From a virus (lineage: Duplodnaviria; Caudoviricetes): a stretch of 64,000 bases of DNA. Position numbers and translations under genes: made by a program. Shown here in pieces: positions 9,174 through 18,937 of this stretch. Each line of letters opens with the position of its first letter. The first letter of the stretch is position 1. The stretch covers positions 1 to 64,000 of the IMG/VR virus record IMGVR_UViG_2847593706_000001; one strand, 5' to 3'. The notes beneath the pieces were generated by a model. The model saw nothing but the letters and a program-made list of their open reading frames with translations. It did not search any database and was not told the DNA's origin.

Positions 9174-11051
9174 ATGAAATTTAGAAACGACATTTCTTTC
9201 CTGCGTGCATTTTCTGTTTTATCTGTACTTTTTTATCATTTTGGCTATGGCTTTTTCAAGGGTGGATTTATAGGGGTTGATATTTTCTTTGTGATTTCCG
9301 GGTATTTAATGACTAGAATTATTTTATCAGGTTTTGATAATGATAATTTTAAACTACTGAATTTTTACAAAAAAAGGGTTGAGAGAATATTTCCAGCGAT
9401 GTTATTAATGATCACAACGATCTGTATTGTTGTATACATTTTAGTTCCCACACAATTCATATACACTTTAAAAAATGCTTACAGCAGCTCGTTATTTTTT
9501 TCAAACATCTTTTATTATATTAACACTGGTTACTTTGATCAATTTTCAAAATTCAATTTCTTTTTACATACATGGTCACTTAGCTTAGAATGGCAATTTT
9601 ACATGGTTTACCCATTATTACTAATGACCTTAAAGCCAATTTATCAATCTAAAAGAAATAGATTTAACGTGTTTTTCTTTGGATTGATAATAGTATCTTT
9701 TTTACTCATGTTATTTCACAATAAAACAGATAATTCATTTTCTTTTTTTCTTCCATACACAAGAGCCTGGGAGATGATGATCGGCGGATTAGCGTTTTTA
9801 ATTAAAAATAACAAAGTAGATAAAAGTATAAGATCTAAAATTGTTTATTCTTGTATTGGTATTCTTTTATTTTTAGTTTATTTTATTGATCATGATAAAT
9901 TTGCTTGGCCCTCTTATTTAACATTATTACCGGTTTTATTCACTACAGTAATTCTAATTTTTAATATAGAAACGCCTTTTTTTAATAATCGAATTGTTAA
10001 ATTTTTTGGCGACATATCCTATTCATTGTACTTGTGGCACTGGCCATTTTATGTTTTACTAATTTTTTTTGACGTCAACGAACGAATTAAATACAATATT
10101 TTGTTTATGGTTATATCTGTAATCATTGCAACTATTTCATACTATTATATTGAAAAAAGAACATACAATGATAAATTAAAGTACATTTTGTCCTTTACAT
10201 TTATTTTGTTTTGTATTAGTTTTATTGCTTCGAAAATACCATTACAGTATTTATTTAATGATAAATTATCTAAGTTGATTTATTATAACTCAAAATACAA
10301 AGACACTGATGATGTTAAGACACAATTCAGCATTAATAAACATCATATGAGTGACGAAATGAAATATGAAAGTTTTGATATACAATTGCCGGAAAATAAT
10401 AAGAGAAACATCATTTTATTGGGAGATAGTCATGCTGGAGCTTTCTCTAAAACACTTAATTTAATATCGAAAGAACAAAACTTTAATTTAATACAGTTCA
10501 CCGGAGATGCCACTTTTCCAATTAAAAATTCTAAGTCCATCTTCAAAAACCCCAAAAGACTTTTCAATTACTTTTATGATGAGTATTTTCCACGGAATCA
10601 TAAAAATATTGACCTAATAATTGTCTCTTCTTTTTTTAGTGGTTATCCATTAGATCGTGATTCAAATAAAGAAATAAAGGAGATAGAAGAATATTTTAAA
10701 ATGTATTTTGTACCAACTCTATATATTGGCCAAAGCAAAAGATTTTTTGTTGACTATCCTACAACATTAATCATGAGGGACCAATATGGTATAAACTATA
10801 AATATAATAAAGTACTAATAAATACTGATTTAAAAATAAATGCAGACCTTAAAAAGTACTTAGGGAATAAATACATCGACATTCTTAATTATCCGATTAA
10901 AGAATTAAATGTTGATTATACTCCATATATCTACGATTCAAATCATTTTACAAATTATGGAACTCTACAATATTATGATTTAATTAAAAAAAATATTGAT
11001 TCCATTTTGCTTTACAATAAAAAATCCCGGAAACTCGTCCGGGACAGATAA
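9174..11051 (+). CDS. OafA/OatA-like O-acyltransferase (acyltransferase-3 + SGNH)
   Basis: FRNDISFLRA, GVDIFFVISGYL, HTWSLSLEWQFY, ISYSLYLWHWP; multiple TM helices; SGNH motifs GDSHA and DSNH. Confidence 0.92.
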   Translation: MKFRNDISFLRAFSVLSVLFYHFGYGFFKGGFIGVDIFFVISGYLMTRIILSGFDNDNFKLLNFYKKRVERIFPAMLLMITTICIVVYILVPTQFIYTLKNAYSSSLFFSNIFYYINTGYFDQFSKFNFFLHTWSLSLEWQFYMVYPLLLMTLKPIYQSKRNRFNVFFFGLIIVSFLLMLFHNKTDNSFSFFLPYTRAWEMMIGGLAFLIKNNKVDKSIRSKIVYSCIGILLFLVYFIDHDKFAWPSYLTLLPVLFTTVILIFNIETPFFNNRIVKFFGDISYSLYLWHWPFYVLLIFFDVNERIKYNILFMVISVIIATISYYYIEKRTYNDKLKYILSFTFILFCISFIASKIPLQYLFNDKLSKLIYYNSKYKDTDDVKTQFSINKHHMSDEMKYESFDIQLPENNKRNIILLGDSHAGAFSKTLNLISKEQNFNLIQFTGDATFPIKNSKSIFKNPKRLFNYFYDEYFPRNHKNIDLIIVSSFFSGYPLDRDSNKEIKEIEEYFKMYFVPTLYIGQSKRFFVDYPTTLIMRDQYGINYKYNKVLINTDLKINADLKKYLGNKYIDILNYPIKELNVDYTPYIYDSNHFTNYGTLQYYDLIKKNIDSILLYNKKSRKLVRDR

Positions 11052-11072
11052 AAAACATCTCATTTTTTTAAG

Positions 11073-11486
11073 TTAAACAATATTTTGATACTCTGCTTTA
11101 GCATCAAACGAAGGACAGGCTTTTTTGACTCCTTTGAAATCTCTGTGCCCTTGTATTTTTGCTGAAGGAAACTGTTTCTTTAGCTGTTTAAGCAGGATCA
11201 GAAGAGCTTCTTTTTGCGCTTCAGTTCTGGTATCTTTTGGATTCCCCTTAAAATCAATACCTCCTACATATGATATATTGATTATTTCAGAATTATGACC
11301 AGCAACACCATTTGAAACTTTATCAATAGGAAGTAGATTCACTACATTCCCGTTTGCTTCTATGATATAATGATAGCCGGGAGACTTCCATTTAAGTTCA
11401 TTTCTCCAGTAATTTTGAATACTGGAAATTTTCGTATTTGGTTGTGTTGCTGTACAGTGAACAACCAAGTAATTTATATTTCTCAT
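11073..11486 (-). CDS. Endolysin, N-acetylmuramoyl-L-alanine amidase (T7 lysozyme-like)
   Basis: VVHCTAT, GYHYII, GHRDF, KACPSFD. Confidence 0.92.
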   Translation of the reverse strand: MRNINYLVVHCTATQPNTKISSIQNYWRNELKWKSPGYHYIIEANGNVVNLLPIDKVSNGVAGHNSEIINISYVGGIDFKGNPKDTRTEAQKEALLILLKQLKKQFPSAKIQGHRDFKGVKKACPSFDAKAEYQNIV

Positions 11487-11983
11487 TTTCTAAAAATTAT
11501 TCGTTTTGCTAATTCCCATAAAATAACACCGGATATAAGAGAAAAAATAACAATCCATACCATGGAGCCAAATGAAACTCCAGTTCTCTTGACATTAAGG
11601 TTTTTGGATGTCTTATCGGTTTTGAAGAAGGTTTTAGTTTGATACTTAATATCCTTTATGTATGTTGTGTGTATCTTATATACATGATGTATAATAGTTT
11701 CTTCTTTCTTTTCAGTAAACTCCAAATCTGCGGATCCGGAAAATACAAGATCACCATATCTCAATTCATAATTTTGGCCGGTTGATTTTATTTTCAATCC
11801 ATTATTGATCAAAAAATTTCTAACATCAGCAACTGATGAGGTACTATTTGTTAGAGAGGTACTTTCATTTAAATTTGAATTGTTTTCAAATCTGGTATGA
11901 TCTTCTGTTTTTGTTAAGTTTTTGGTCCTGGAACCGCACCCTAATACAAAAAGGCTAATCAGTGCTAGTATTGTTGCTCTCAT
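11483..11983 (-). CDS. Probable unimolecular spanin
   Basis: Lipobox VLG-C16 and a C-terminal TM helix; lies between holin and endolysin. Confidence 0.7.
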   Translation of the reverse strand: MRATILALISLFVLGCGSRTKNLTKTEDHTRFENNSNLNESTSLTNSTSSVADVRNFLINNGLKIKSTGQNYELRYGDLVFSGSADLEFTEKKEETIIHHVYKIHTTYIKDIKYQTKTFFKTDKTSKNLNVKRTGVSFGSMVWIVIFSLISGVILWELAKRIIFRK

Positions 11984-12455
11984 CTTTTTTAACGGTATTA
12001 ATTAGGTCAATAATCGAATCTTTATTTTTCAACAGATCAAAAAGACCTGAAGCAATCTCTCTATTTGACCGGTCTGTTTTTCGTCTTAATTTTTGATCTG
12101 CTTTTTCCCGGACAGACTTTGCCTCTGTTAATACTAATCCCGCAGCACAAAGGATGGAAAATAATGGTGCTACTTTAAGGATATAAGCAATGTTCAATGA
12201 TATTGAGACGGGTAGAAATAGAGTGTCAAAAATCAAAGCAAAAAACATCATTGAGTAATAAAAAGCGAATTTCTGTATACTCCTTCTAAATCCCTCTGAA
12301 GAGGTATGTTCACCTATTGATTTTGACTTTTGGATTCCAAAATACAAATCAATCAATATTGCAATTAAAACGCAGATCCAGGCGCCACATACCATGAAAA
12401 GTTTTGCAATAATGATCTTATATGCCTGATCATCAAAACCTATAATCTCTATCAT
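11955..12455 (-). CDS. Holin
   Basis: About 3 TM segments, DLYFG..K...SEGFRRSIQK motif, basic C-terminus, first gene of the lysis cassette. Confidence 0.8.
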   Translation of the reverse strand: MIEIIGFDDQAYKIIIAKLFMVCGAWICVLIAILIDLYFGIQKSKSIGEHTSSEGFRRSIQKFAFYYSMMFFALIFDTLFLPVSISLNIAYILKVAPLFSILCAAGLVLTEAKSVREKADQKLRRKTDRSNREIASGLFDLLKNKDSIIDLINTVKKDESNNTSTD

Positions 12456-12484
12456 AATTTTATTTATATTGTTAATAAAGTCTT

Positions 12485-13642
12485 TTATACTGGATTCCCA
12501 TTTAATTTTACATTATCATATGAGTAGGTGTATTGTCCATCAGATGATTGTGAAAGTTTTTCTAATATTGGCAAGTTTGTTCCAGTTGGCGTTACTCCTG
12601 TCATTGTTAAATCTTTAATAGAACATGACAATACTATTTTCGCACGATTAATCGGAAATGCAACTGATGAGGAAGGAACTGTAGTTGTAACACTTTCAAC
12701 TGTAATATTTTCAATATTCCCTTTTCCTGGCTTATCTAAGCCATTCGGATTTTGCCAGTAATTATCTACTATTATTGAATAATTTTTTGTTATACCACTG
12801 ATGTTTTTAATAATAATATTACTTATTTTACTCTGTCCGGAAAGCAATCTAATTCCAAATAAAGAATCATTGAAAACAATATTTTCAATGACAATATTTT
12901 CAACAGGTCCATTGGCTGAAACAGGAAAAAAACCTTTAGCTTCGGAGGTTGAAACATTAAGTAAATCATCCGCATTAATTCCAATTCCATCATCATAGCT
13001 TCGTATATTACCATCTTTTATTGAACAGTTTTTGCACCATCCATCCCAGTGAACGCCGTCCATATTTATTGCCGGATTAGTTCCAACATCCACAACAAAA
13101 TCAGATATATGACCATTGACCACATTAATTGCATGCTGTGCGTATACTTTAGGAGTATACATTTTGTGATTTTTCAAAGTCAAATTCTCTACCCCGTACC
13201 ACGAAAACAGATTAGCAAAACCGAACTGTGATGTTCCCTTAACCGTCTGGCCTGCTGAGTTACCATTCCAGATTCCGCCATCAATAACTATATTTCTATC
13301 AATTATAGAATTGTTATCTGAAAATCTCAACGTTCTATTACGCATCATTGGCTTGTTAACTGAATTTTTCAGTACAGCACCCTTACCGCTAATTGCTGTA
13401 ATATTGGTATTGCTTTCAATTAGCAATGTATTAGATAATGAGACAGCTTTATCCCAAAGCAAATTCACGTATCCACCCAACAAAGCACTTTGAATAATGC
13501 TATATGCATCATCTCTGATTATCTGTGCTTCGAGAGTCAAAACACTTTCTTGAAAGCCCGGTGGAAGTATGTCACTTAAGGAGATATTTCGCATTACTTT
13601 TTTTGCGGCCTTTTTCTTTATCGTAATTATATAATTACTCAT
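12485..13642 (-). CDS. Pectin-lyase-fold (GH28-like) tail spike / depolymerase
   Basis: Beta-helix repeats (ENIVIENI, SNIIIKNI); NMDG and DD motifs resembling the polygalacturonase NTDG/GDD motifs. Confidence 0.7.
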   Translation of the reverse strand: MSNYIITIKKKAAKKVMRNISLSDILPPGFQESVLTLEAQIIRDDAYSIIQSALLGGYVNLLWDKAVSLSNTLLIESNTNITAISGKGAVLKNSVNKPMMRNRTLRFSDNNSIIDRNIVIDGGIWNGNSAGQTVKGTSQFGFANLFSWYGVENLTLKNHKMYTPKVYAQHAINVVNGHISDFVVDVGTNPAINMDGVHWDGWCKNCSIKDGNIRSYDDGIGINADDLLNVSTSEAKGFFPVSANGPVENIVIENIVFNDSLFGIRLLSGQSKISNIIIKNISGITKNYSIIVDNYWQNPNGLDKPGKGNIENITVESVTTTVPSSSVAFPINRAKIVLSCSIKDLTMTGVTPTGTNLPILEKLSQSSDGQYTYSYDNVKLNGNPV

Positions 13643-13645
13643 CTT

Positions 13646-14953
13646 TTAAAGAGCTTCTAATTTATAATCAATCATGAAATCATCAATTCCGACGAAAATC
13701 ATTGAAAAGTAATTCCCTGTTCCAGAAACTGGAATGTCGCAAACAAATTGATTGTTTATCGTAAGATGAGCTGTGTTTCCATTAACTAATATCTCTACAG
13801 GGTATCCGCTGGGCGCAGAGGCGGGAATTGCTGTGGTAGTTCCTAAGCTGACACCTGAAGGATTTGCCGTTGTTTTTTGTTTTATTGTTGACGTGGGAAA
13901 TGCCGGGCTGTTTCGCAAAATATCTATGTACTCTGCATAATCAGTAGCAGATGTACGATTAATTGCAAACTGGAACGATGTAGTAAAAGCCATTGTAATC
14001 GTGACTTTGTAATTAACAAGATTTCCTTTATTGATTGCTATAGAATCTGAAAGCCCGGTAGCCGTTGTTGTAGCCGTAAGCATGGTGCTTGATGTATTAA
14101 TCTTAAATCTGCCTGTATTTCCTATAAAAGAGCTTCCACTTTCTGCAGCTATGTTTGTAAGTAATGTATTTGGAGATTTTCCTGAAAAATTGTAATATGA
14201 AACATAATCTGGAATTATTGGTTCCAAAGGAAATGTCTCAACAAAATATCTTACTTTATTGTATTCTTTCCAAAATGTGATCACATTTGTTTTGGTAGAG
14301 TCATATGTATCTGAGCCTTCTAGTGCTGAAAAATTGGAGCCAAATAAAACATCACCACCTGTCAATTTATACATAGAAACTTTTCCAAAAACACTATTTG
14401 GTCCTTCAGAAAAGGTTGCAGTACTTGATAATTGAGAATACTTTACAAAATTATCTTTCTCTAAATTCACAGTGTAAGTAAGAATTCTCAGCGAAAAATT
14501 AACATATCCTGTAATCTGTTTTCCTGCTTGTGCATTTTCATCATCATTTGGATCAAACTCATTAGCAACACCTAATTTTGGAAGTTTTGTTTCAACTTTC
14601 TTCCAAACCGAACCATCATAATATGCTTCATTAATTTCACTATCTATGGTAATTATTGTTATAGAGTTCCCGTTTTCATCAACGGCAGGAGTTAATTTAT
14701 TGTATGTACCGACTTCTAATAGCCGATATAAACCAGTCGCATTTGGTGCTGTTGTATTAATTTTCAAGTATCCTTTATACATGCTTGAAAACATAGGAGG
14801 CAGTTGAGTGTAGGGGATCTGACCGTTTATCAAATCAGCCTTATCTTTATTAACTATGTCAAAAGCACCTGCAATTCTTTGTTTAGTATTACCTTCTTCA
14901 GCAACTTCATTTTTTATAAGGATGCTGATGTTAGTTAAATCTTGTGAACTCAT
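13646..14953 (-). CDS. Tail fibre / receptor-binding protein
   Basis: N-terminal IKNE...NTKQRIAGAF anchor, KADLINGQIPYTQLP fibre motif, beta-sandwich-like C-terminus. Confidence 0.7.
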   Translation of the reverse strand: MSSQDLTNISILIKNEVAEEGNTKQRIAGAFDIVNKDKADLINGQIPYTQLPPMFSSMYKGYLKINTTAPNATGLYRLLEVGTYNKLTPAVDENGNSITIITIDSEINEAYYDGSVWKKVETKLPKLGVANEFDPNDDENAQAGKQITGYVNFSLRILTYTVNLEKDNFVKYSQLSSTATFSEGPNSVFGKVSMYKLTGGDVLFGSNFSALEGSDTYDSTKTNVITFWKEYNKVRYFVETFPLEPIIPDYVSYYNFSGKSPNTLLTNIAAESGSSFIGNTGRFKINTSSTMLTATTTATGLSDSIAINKGNLVNYKVTITMAFTTSFQFAINRTSATDYAEYIDILRNSPAFPTSTIKQKTTANPSGVSLGTTTAIPASAPSGYPVEILVNGNTAHLTINNQFVCDIPVSGTGNYFSMIFVGIDDFMIDYKLEAL

Positions 14954-15657
14954 TAGTCTTCGTATATATTAGTTATGAAATTCGTTTTTCTTATATGGGA
15001 AACTCCATCTACTCCCGTTAGTTCACCATCACATCCACATCCTCCACAATCTTTACAGTAAAGTGGAAAATTTTCTTTGTTCTGGCATATCCATAAGTGC
15101 ATTCGTTCAATCAAAGGATCAATGCGATCCTGAATTGATGAGGCTTGTTTAAAGTTTATTTCTTTTACTCCTCCAGAGGCAGAAGATGCTCCATTACCAC
15201 CAATTGCGTTTGGATTATTCATCTGTTGCCCTATTGAAGTATGCCTTAACCAACTTGGAACAATAGAAGTCATATCAACGCATTCTGCACTAAGTTTCCA
15301 AAGGAATCTTTCCCACAATTTTACATACCACAGATTATCAACAAACTCAATTGCATTGATGATCATTCCAATTTTCAGATCAGAATCTTTTATTGGATTC
15401 AGCCCATCAAGTTCAAAAGACGTGTTAATTTTCTGCAACAGATCTGCTTTATTCTCTTGGGTAACGGTTACATTTTTTTTTGAAATAAAATCTTCATAGA
15501 ACTTATCACAAATTGCGTTGGCAATCCAACGTTCTTCAGCAACAATTATATTTTGCAAGATCTGCCTCTCAGCAATCTGTTGATCTGTTGCAGCATGAAA
15601 AATCACTTCATCTGGAGTGATAAGAACATTTCTTTTCAGATTATTGAGCCTGTACAT
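14953..15657 (-). CDS. Head-tail connector/adaptor
   Basis: Directly after portal; helical; likely start ATG 15657 (MYRLNN); C-terminal CKDCGGCGC. Confidence 0.6.
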   Translation of the reverse strand: MYRLNNLKRNVLITPDEVIFHAATDQQIAERQILQNIIVAEERWIANAICDKFYEDFISKKNVTVTQENKADLLQKINTSFELDGLNPIKDSDLKIGMIINAIEFVDNLWYVKLWERFLWKLSAECVDMTSIVPSWLRHTSIGQQMNNPNAIGGNGASSASGGVKEINFKQASSIQDRIDPLIERMHLWICQNKENFPLYCKDCGGCGCDGELTGVDGVSHIRKTNFITNIYED

Positions 15658-17002
15658 CTTTTTTATTTTTTGCTGTTGAAATGAATTCAGATCCCTTTGC
15701 TTTATCTTCCATGATAGGTTTACCAAGAATTTCACGGCCTTCATCTTTTGTCAGACATGAATTAACATCAATTTCACCTATGAATGATGCTGGCGAAACC
15801 GTTTTGAAACCAAGTTCAAGATCGCTGAATTTTGTTCCCATCCAATCATCGTAAATTGCAAAAAAAGGCTGAATAAGATCCTGAATAATTAATTCTTGTA
15901 TTGGCTCAATAACAGTTTTATTTTTTGTCTCAAAGACTGCAGATAGATAGGCAAAACCACCATTTCCAATTCCAGATGTTTTTTGTTGACCATAAAGAGC
16001 AGTATCCCAATTATTGGAATCAACAATTTTGCTTTCAACACTTTCATCTAAGTCAAGAAATGACCCATCTGTTTTTGCATCGAATTGCTGAAGAGCAGAA
16101 TTTGTAATTCCTTTGCCACCTGTGACAACGGTCCAACGTCCTCTTTTTCCATCTCCAGTATGAGAATAAACGATGTCTTGTCCGATTTTTTTACCTTCAT
16201 CCTGCGTTACATTTCCTTCTAAGAATATAACCCCTCCAACAACAAGATTGTTATCAATTATATCAAGATTATATCTTACATTTTTATATTCTAAAACTTG
16301 ATAGGGTAGTGATGCAATATTGTCTGGCATTCCGTAATACTCATATCCAGGCAAATCATTCTTCACATGAATCACACAGTGTTCAGTACCTGATTCACTT
16401 TTATACCACTTTAGATCGTCCAGATCTCCACAATAAATTGGAAGTTCAACAGCTTTGTCTTCAACTAAAGTCCAGGCGGTTTTTCTCCTGAATTCTTTAG
16501 AAATAAAAACGGTTTCGCATATATCATCATCATTTGGGGTTGACAACCTACAGTCAAGATATGGACGGTTTACAATCCACATGAACTTTTTATTTCCGAC
16601 TTCTCCCCGGATAATCTCCACAAAATTGTTACCAACAGTAAAATGATTATTGAAAACTGATTTTATCAGTTTATCAAAGTTTTGCCCTTTTTTATTGACA
16701 CGTTTTTTGAACTTATCAAATTCTTTGTTTTCGGATCCATCTTTAATGAATGAACCTTTTCCAATACAAAAGTTAGTTTTTGAGTTTACGCATGAATTAT
16801 TAGTTGGGGAAAGAAGTTTTGCCTCCAAAAGCAATTGAAAAAAATTGTCTTTCGGCTCTAAGAACGGAAGATATCTCTTGACTCTTCTTGTAAGATGAAA
16901 TGCAGTTGATTCCCCTGAAGGTTCAAAGGGAATTGGATTTTTAGCATCAATTGTGGCAACATTTGATACTACTGTATTTTTATTTTTTACAGAATTATTC
17001 AT
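15641..17002 (-). CDS. Portal protein
   Basis: About 450 aa with YYGMPD and IEPIQELI portal-like motifs; likely start ATG 17002. Confidence 0.8.
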   Translation of the reverse strand: MNNSVKNKNTVVSNVATIDAKNPIPFEPSGESTAFHLTRRVKRYLPFLEPKDNFFQLLLEAKLLSPTNNSCVNSKTNFCIGKGSFIKDGSENKEFDKFKKRVNKKGQNFDKLIKSVFNNHFTVGNNFVEIIRGEVGNKKFMWIVNRPYLDCRLSTPNDDDICETVFISKEFRRKTAWTLVEDKAVELPIYCGDLDDLKWYKSESGTEHCVIHVKNDLPGYEYYGMPDNIASLPYQVLEYKNVRYNLDIIDNNLVVGGVIFLEGNVTQDEGKKIGQDIVYSHTGDGKRGRWTVVTGGKGITNSALQQFDAKTDGSFLDLDESVESKIVDSNNWDTALYGQQKTSGIGNGGFAYLSAVFETKNKTVIEPIQELIIQDLIQPFFAIYDDWMGTKFSDLELGFKTVSPASFIGEIDVNSCLTKDEGREILGKPIMEDKAKGSEFISTAKNKKDVQAQ

Positions 17003-17222
17003 TCTTATCACCTTCTTTTTCTTCTTTCATGAATTTTTGAGTCTTAAATTTCTTAACATCCTCGGCTGTTGGTGTTTTATTAAAAAGAATCAAAAGTGAA
17101 GGATCTTGACTATTAACAGCAATTTCCGCTAAAACTGCAAAATCATCTCTTTCCCCAAGGGGAGCAGCCGACCCATTAAAGCCGACTACTTTATTTTTAT
17201 ATTTTGGTCTTATTGTAAACAT
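16995..17222 (-). CDS. Small virion-module protein (75 aa)
   Basis: Its stop overlaps the portal start and its ATG overlaps the TAA at 17222-17224. Confidence 0.7.
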   Translation of the reverse strand: MFTIRPKYKNKVVGFNGSAAPLGERDDFAVLAEIAVNSQDPSLLILFNKTPTAEDVKKFKTQKFMKEEKEGDKNE

Positions 17223-17287
17223 TATTCAAAGGTTTTATCAAAAGTTCGGTCAAAGATTTTTTTATGAGAATCACCTCCTATTGAAAA
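17222..17287 (-). other. Predicted -1 frameshift extension of the major tail protein (..SIGGDSHKKIFDRTFDKTFE*)
   Basis: The -1 frame opens at GCT TTT CAA TAG and ends in a TAA overlapping the ATG of the next gene. Confidence 0.65.
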
Positions 17288-17847
17288 GCCTCAATTACAG
17301 AAATGTCGCCTGAGAATTCGTTTGCCATTCTTCCATATTCAGCTTTGAACATGACTTTAGCCCCATTGAAGTCTTCCATCTTTCGACCTGAACCACCTTC
17401 TGTTCCATTCATGACGACTTCGAAGTACGGAATCGTTTTTTCGTTGACATAGCGTTCACCAATAACAAATATTTTTCCAGAATATAATCTGATAACCATT
17501 CCAAGCCCACAGCAACATCCGGCAGCATCTAGGCTTGATAAATAGTTTGTTAATTCCTGGGATAGATTAGGAAGCTGGGCATCAAGATCATATTCATATT
17601 TTACTGAACATCCATTCAAGGTGTGTTTGAATTTAAATTCTGCTTCTTTTCTTTGAAATTTCAAAAGATGCATTTTTGCACCTCCCACAACTGTTGCCCC
17701 CTCTCTTAAGGCAAGGGCTGTATAGCTTTTTGTTGTTTCGTCCTGTGTCCAATTGAAGTCTGAAGGATCAAAGATAAAAAGATCTGAAACACCTCCTGTT
17801 GTGGCAGTACAAGGCACAGTATATGATTTAAGTGTTACACAAAGCAT
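17278..17847 (-). CDS. Major tail tube protein
   Basis: 189 aa after the capsid gene; N-terminal C...GGVSDLFI and C-terminal GSGRKMEDFNGAKVMF resemble Bacteroidota phage tube proteins. Confidence 0.7.
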   Translation of the reverse strand: MLCVTLKSYTVPCTATTGGVSDLFIFDPSDFNWTQDETTKSYTALALREGATVVGGAKMHLLKFQRKEAEFKFKHTLNGCSVKYEYDLDAQLPNLSQELTNYLSSLDAAGCCCGLGMVIRLYSGKIFVIGERYVNEKTIPYFEVVMNGTEGGSGRKMEDFNGAKVMFKAEYGRMANEFSGDISVIEAFQ

Positions 17848-17871
17848 GTTAATTAATTTTAAATGTTAAAA

Positions 17872-17900
17872 ACAGATATTGTATTAAAAACAATATCTGT
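17872..17900. promoter_or_regulatory. TATTGT-N7-ACAATA palindrome, copy 1
   Basis: ACAGATATTGT-ATTAAAA-ACAATATCTGT between capsid and tail-tube genes. Confidence 0.65.
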
Positions 17901-17912
17901 ATATAATTTTTT

Positions 17913-18926
17913 TTAGGCAATATTAGTCATACCAATTACAGAGTGTTCTGGATAAGCGATACCGGTGCCAGCTCTCATAAAGTTTGCATACTTCCATGTA
18001 AGTTCATCAGTAGAGTACCAAACCAATAGAGCTTTCACACCTGCTGGTGTGGCTTCACCATATGAATTATCAGTAGCAAAAACGAAGTTTCCTCTAATTG
18101 TAAGAACACATGCGTGAGCTGCAACACCATTGTTAAGAGCAAACATGATTGGATCCCAAGTAGTTTCAACCAAAACATCAATATTCTTATATTTTAGTTT
18201 CTTAAATCCATTTTGGTACAACATGATGTTATTTGAACCTCCTGTAAGGGTTAAGAACTCTTCATATGCATCAAAAATAGATTGAGATACATAAAAAGCT
18301 TTCATATTATCAGGCAGGTGTTTTAAAAATATATCTTGATTTTTGTAAGCCCAATGAAGATATTCTTTTCCATCTGTCGGAGTCAAATCTCCACTATTGA
18401 ATGCAGTTGTTTGATTAGGCTTAATTGTTCCGTCACTGATAAATTTTGCATAATGTTTGAAAATTCCATCAAACACATTCCAACTCCAAATTCCATTCCC
18501 ATCATTTGCTCTGTCAATGTCTCCAAAATACGCATTGGAAGTGATATCTACCTTGATTGCTTTTAGGAAGAAGTCCATGATATAATCCCTGAATTTAGGA
18601 TCTTTGTTTCTGAAATCTTCCAGGCAGCCTTTATAGAATTCATTTTCACAATGTTTGGTTGCTCCATAGATTTCATCTGTTTCAATTTGTCTGATGGAAG
18701 CTTTCCCAACTGGTGAGAAAATAATATTACATGAAGCATCCCTTCTTTTCAGAATGTTTTGATTACCCATAATCTCAACAATCTTTCTTTTACTGGAAAC
18801 ATCATCCATTACTGTGAACTCATTTAGAGTTCCATTAAAAGAACCATCCGGGAGTAAATCTGCAAAATGTGGTTTCACCAACATTTCATAATAACTCTTT
18901 GGTCCTACTAAAAATCTTTCGTTCAT
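17913..18926 (-). CDS. Major capsid protein
   Basis: 337 aa downstream of protease and decoration genes; FDGIFK and FYVSQSIFDAY patterns typical of HK97-fold capsids. Confidence 0.8.
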   Translation of the reverse strand: MNERFLVGPKSYYEMLVKPHFADLLPDGSFNGTLNEFTVMDDVSSKRKIVEIMGNQNILKRRDASCNIIFSPVGKASIRQIETDEIYGATKHCENEFYKGCLEDFRNKDPKFRDYIMDFFLKAIKVDITSNAYFGDIDRANDGNGIWSWNVFDGIFKHYAKFISDGTIKPNQTTAFNSGDLTPTDGKEYLHWAYKNQDIFLKHLPDNMKAFYVSQSIFDAYEEFLTLTGGSNNIMLYQNGFKKLKYKNIDVLVETTWDPIMFALNNGVAAHACVLTIRGNFVFATDNSYGEATPAGVKALLVWYSTDELTWKYANFMRAGTGIAYPEHSVIGMTNIA

Positions 18927-18937
18927 AGCTTAATTTT

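Noticed and set aside
12485-14953. Diversity-generating retroelement or invertible tail-fibre cassette
   Set aside because: No reverse transcriptase, invertase or TR/VR repeat pair seen.
15658-15744. Long N-terminal overlap of the connector ORF with the portal gene
   Set aside because: An internal ATG at 15657 with an A-rich leader gives an ordinary short overlap.
17848-17915. Frameshift or readthrough extension of the major capsid protein
   Set aside because: Alternative frames after GCC TAA give short featureless peptides, and the gap is explained by the palindrome.
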